Of a DNA stretch of 57,868 bases, positions 54,023 through 57,868 are shown piece by piece. The translations under genes were made by a program, and so were the position numbers. Source of the DNA: Neoconidiobolus thromboides FSU 785 (taxonomy: Eukaryota > Fungi > Entomophthoromycota); assembly GCA_025603075.1 (NCBI GenBank), contig MU626389.1, forward strand, positions 1-57,868, in the 5' to 3' direction. The first letter of the stretch is position 1. The number at the start of each line of letters is the position of its first letter. The notes under the pieces were generated by a model. That model worked only from the letters and a program-made list of their open reading frames with translations, made no database searches and was not told the DNA's origin.

Positions 54023-55934
54023 ATGGATGCCAATGATAAAACTCCACTATTAAGTCAATCAAACTCAAAATATGATGAAAGAGTAGAATCATCTTCAAGT
54101 AAACCTATTTTTGTATAAAGAATAAAACTAATTGAGTATTTAGGCACAGAATGCAATATATCTAATAAACCAAAAATAAGGGAAGATACCTTTTTTACTA
54201 AAACAAGATGTCAAGTAATTGCATTGATAAGTATTATGTTGTTATCATGTAAATACTTTTAGTCAAATTAAATTCATTTTTAATACTTTATTAAGTTGGA
54301 AGTCATTACGTTGCTTTAGCATTAGGTTCTTTAAAGAATACTATAAAAAAAGTAAAATTCAATTATTTTTCCATTTTTTCTTTAACCAGTAATGATAGGA
54401 AATGGGGATATCAAACACTCAATACGGTATAGTTCAATCAAGTGTCGCTTTAATAAATACCATTTTGCCTTTACTTGGAGGTTTTTTTGTTGATTATTTT
54501 GGAACAACTAGTGGCTCAATTACTGCAACCTCATTTATATTAGTTGGAAACATATTAGTTGCACTCTCAACTAATTTAAAATCTTTCCCTATGATGGTAC
54601 TTGGTAGAGGTTTATATGGGTAAACTATTTATTATTACATAATACAATATTGTTATATCTATAAATAGAATAGGATCTGGTACAGTTGTTATTGTTCAAG
54701 AAACTATCATTGCACAATGGTTTAGCGGAAAAGCCCTTGGAACTACTCTGGGTATTAACTTGGCTGTTTCCAGATTAGCTTCATTCTTAGGAATGGCAAC
54801 TATAGTGCCTATTGCCAATTATACAAAATTTTATGGAAATGCGTTTTGGGTAATTTATACATACTATAGTAAAACTATTAATATTTACTTCAAATTGAGT
54901 TTGCCACTTTTATATGCTTATTATCTTGGTTGTCAAACCTAATGTACGTCTTTATGACTATTAAAGTTAAAAGCCACTTATCTTCAGAGGAGCTAGAGAA
55001 TATCAAAGTCAAAAAAGAGTTCCGATTAAGTCATTTGTTTACATTCCCAAAGCAATTTTGGGTTTTAATGATCATTGCTTATACAATGATCGGAGGATGG
55101 AATACTTTCTTACACTTGAATACGTAATTATCATTATAGCATATTATTATAAATCTAACTTTTTATAAAGTGAACTTGTTAAACTAAGACATGGCGACAC
55201 AGAAGAATTAGCAGCATGGAAAGCGTCAGTTTCACAAGTTTTACCCATTTTTGCACCTCCTATTTTAGGTTACTGGATTGATAAACGTGGTGATAGACCA
55301 AAATTGTGTAAGTTGATTTAGTAGTTAATACTTAATAGTTAATAATCAATTTCAATTAGTAATATTTTCAACTTTGATGTATATATCATCACTCATATTA
55401 CTTGGATTCACTGAAGTTGGCGCATTAAAAGGAATGATTGTGTTTTCAATATCCCTTGCATCTGGGATTTTACCTTGCATAAGTTCCATTCCATTAATAT
55501 TGCCTTCTACTTCTGTCGGCACTGGGTTTGGTTTATATAAAACAACATGGTCTTTAGGTAGCGTAATTCAAGATATTATCACTGGTATTCTACAAGATGG
55601 CACTAAACAGGATAAACACGCTTATGATGCGACTATATTATTTATGTGTATTGTTGGAGGAATTGCATTACTTGGCTCAGTTATGTTTCATTTAATTGAT
55701 AAATATTATTGGAATAGTTATGTTTCTATTGGCACTCAGGATAGGCTACACCTAGACGATATATTAAATAATGAAAGACAAGATAATGATAACAATTGTA
55801 AAAGAAGAAGTTACCATCCATTATTAGGATCTTTAAGTGAAATGAGGCTAAAATGGCATAACTATCTCCCAATCATATTACATTCTATCCTTTTAATTAT
55901 TGGCTGGATTATGTTTGTTGTGTTTTTATTTTGA
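54023..55934 (+). CDS. Major facilitator superfamily transporter (MFSD1-like), multi-exon
   Basis: GISNTQYGIVQSSVALINTILPLLGGFFVDYFG, GRGLYGIGSGTVVIVQETIIAQWFSGKALG, multiple TM helices, G..IDKRG motif in the second half. Confidence 0.85.
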
Positions 55935-56162
55935 TTAAAGTTTAAAGCATAATATATTACACTATGCTTGATGTATAAATGATTTATAAATAAGCGCTTT
56001 TATTGTCTTTTATAATATTACTTTCAGTATTTTTGATCGTATTTCAAACTATACTTTGGTTTTACTGCTTATTTGCTTTCATCGTATTTATAAGGAACCA
56101 ATAAAATTAAGTTCCTTTATGGAGTACCATAAACTACGCGAAAATATAAAAAAGAAATTTCA

Positions 56163-57488
56163 ATGTTTGAATTATTAAATTTATTAATAGGTAAAGAAGA
56201 TAAATTAAAGGATGAATATAAAATAACTTACCTTCCAAATGAGTTGTTGCATCTAATAATAAAGGAGCTTGATACAAAGGATAAATTAGAATTAATAACG
56301 GGCAATCAATTCTTTTATGAAGTAACAACAAAACATTTTTATTCAACATTAATAATGGACAACTTATCCAATTTAAAAAAGCAAAGCTATTTGAAGCACT
56401 ATAAAGTTATTAAAAATATAGTGTTACCAAAAAAAATAAATGGCGATGATTTGAGTTATTTAAATAATTTACTTTTACTTAATAACACAATAGTAATATC
56501 TACTTGCTATGTGGAACTTATATTTGATCAAGATTTTCCGCAATTAGTTTCGCATTATAATCTGAGTACATTGATATTTCAAAGCGAATTAGTTGCTCAC
56601 AATAAGGTAAAAAAAAATCAATTGAAAGTAGTTGAACAGATTAAGAAGGGAGTAAAAAATATATATTATAGTAATGTCATGTTAGATTTAAGCATTAATA
56701 ATTTATTATTATTTAATGAGTTTACAAAGCTAAGGAAAATAAGTTTGACTGGTATTATTGATTTAGGTATTCTGCAGCAATTTTTGAACTTCAAACATGT
56801 TAATTTAGAGTATTTATCATTCATTTTCAAAATAACTAATTTAGGAGAAGATAATAGATTAATTTTAGATGGTAATAATTTCAATAGTTTGGCTAAGTTT
56901 GCTTTACTTACACGTGGAATATCATTTATTATCCAAAATCATTTTCAAAAATTGACTAACATGTCCTTAAGCGTCTCTTATGCCACATCATTTGATGGGG
57001 CTATTAACAATAACAATATTCAAACATTGGGATTGTTGAACTTAAACAATGCCTATAAAATTCGACTTAGTAAAAAGGTGATCAGTAACGAAATTATTCC
57101 TTTATTTCAATTAAAAAATTTAAAGCACTTAATATTGGAATCGATAAATAGTAATGATATATCAATGAGTATTAACAGTACTGACACATCAATTCCACTT
57201 TTTCCAACCATTAATTTCAACTCAAATAGTATTAGGTATTTAACATTAAAATATTGTTCAATTGATATCTCTTTTTTTAATTTATTATTCAAACTAACTT
57301 CATTATACAAACTATGTTTAATAGATTGCTGCTTCAATAAAAATCAATTATTGAATTTAAGCAATCATATTATTACTATAAATTATCTTTATATTTTTAA
57401 ATGTAAACATCACTCTAATTATTTATCAACTTTGTTAAAGATATGTCCTAACTTGTTACTATTCGATACAGATATCAAAGATCAATAA
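56163..57488 (+). CDS. Intronless F-box / LRR(RNI)-like protein
   Basis: N-terminal ITYLPNELLHLIIKEL (F-box start), followed by LxxLxL repeats (LRKISL, LEYLSF, LKHLIL, IRYLTL, LYKLCL) and a terminal CPNL. Confidence 0.7.
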   Translation: MFELLNLLIGKEDKLKDEYKITYLPNELLHLIIKELDTKDKLELITGNQFFYEVTTKHFYSTLIMDNLSNLKKQSYLKHYKVIKNIVLPKKINGDDLSYLNNLLLLNNTIVISTCYVELIFDQDFPQLVSHYNLSTLIFQSELVAHNKVKKNQLKVVEQIKKGVKNIYYSNVMLDLSINNLLLFNEFTKLRKISLTGIIDLGILQQFLNFKHVNLEYLSFIFKITNLGEDNRLILDGNNFNSLAKFALLTRGISFIIQNHFQKLTNMSLSVSYATSFDGAINNNNIQTLGLLNLNNAYKIRLSKKVISNEIIPLFQLKNLKHLILESINSNDISMSINSTDTSIPLFPTINFNSNSIRYLTLKYCSIDISFFNLLFKLTSLYKLCLIDCCFNKNQLLNLSNHIITINYLYIFKCKHHSNYLSTLLKICPNLLLFDTDIKDQ

Positions 57489-57534
57489 TAGTTATAATAA
57501 TAGAGCATTATTTTAAGTTCCCATCGATAGTTTA

Positions 57535-57868
57535 TTACTCTTTAGGAGTATGTTCAGCACGCTTTTGAGCATACTTAAATTCTCCAATAACATCAATAAC
57601 TTGAGGTAATTTGGCAATACGATCAAAGTAATTAGAAAAATTAGGATATTTATCACGATGTTCTTTAGCATAAAACATTTGATAAAGGCACTCAGTTATG
57701 CAAAATATAAACACATCTGCTAAAGTAAGTTGGTTCCCAACTAAATACTCTTTCCCTTTTAGCTCATTATCAAGATAAGTTAATGCCTTATCAACATGAG
57801 CATATGAGGTCTCTTCTACTTTTTTGTTGTATTCTGTATTATACATTATTGGTAAATACAAAGCATAG
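57535..57868 (-). CDS. Glutathione S-transferase C-terminal domain, eEF1B-gamma-like; 5' part outside the window
   Basis: ALTYLDNELKGKEYLVGNQLTLADV, YPNFSNYFDRI (GST-C motifs). It ends TPKE* without the EF1G C-terminal domain. Confidence 0.75.
   Translation of the reverse strand, partial: YALYLPIMYNTEYNKKVEETSYAHVDKALTYLDNELKGKEYLVGNQLTLADVFIFCITECLYQMFYAKEHRDKYPNFSNYFDRIAKLPQVIDVIGEFKYAQKRAEHTPKE

Overview
AT-rich eukaryotic genomic DNA with compact genes and short GT-AG introns, read in the standard code. The gene set (PEX6, mitochondrial PDB1, Ssb-type Hsp70, fungal TF-MHR) points to an aerobic early-diverging fungus. A Conidiobolus/Entomophthoromycotina-like organism is my inference, not something the sequence proves. 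Housekeeping blocks at about 1-27 kb and 34.5-40.5 kb carry a bacterial-type amidohydrolase, an Nnf1-like gene, TBCD, SSB Hsp70, ING, cyclophilin A, METTL22-like, VPS18, ACY1, PEX6, UAP1, a Cys2-type acyltransferase, LCMT1 and an ABC-F ATPase. They alternate with gene-poor accessory stretches (about 27-34.5 kb around PDB1, and 40.5-54 kb), and the window ends with an MFS transporter, an F-box/LRR gene and a GST-domain gene. Main observations absent from the ORF track: (1) about 15 copies of a ~100-bp TIR element (MITE-like, TA duplication); (2) a class-A GPCR-like pseudogene in which removing two of these elements, each with one TA, rejoins the reading frame; (3) a 104-bp TIR element with TGT...ACA ends and a 4-bp TSD around an assembly gap (Ginger-like), nested in older TE relics; (4) an intronless bacterial-type amidohydrolase (HGT candidate) running off the left edge; (5) a decayed paralog of the intronless TF-MHR gene; (6) a 57-aa putative secreted peptide; (7) a 7-nt microexon; (8) two convergent genes whose stop codons are 2 bp apart. 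All calls come from manual translation and motif recognition. No database searches were run, and exon boundaries of multi-exon genes are approximate.
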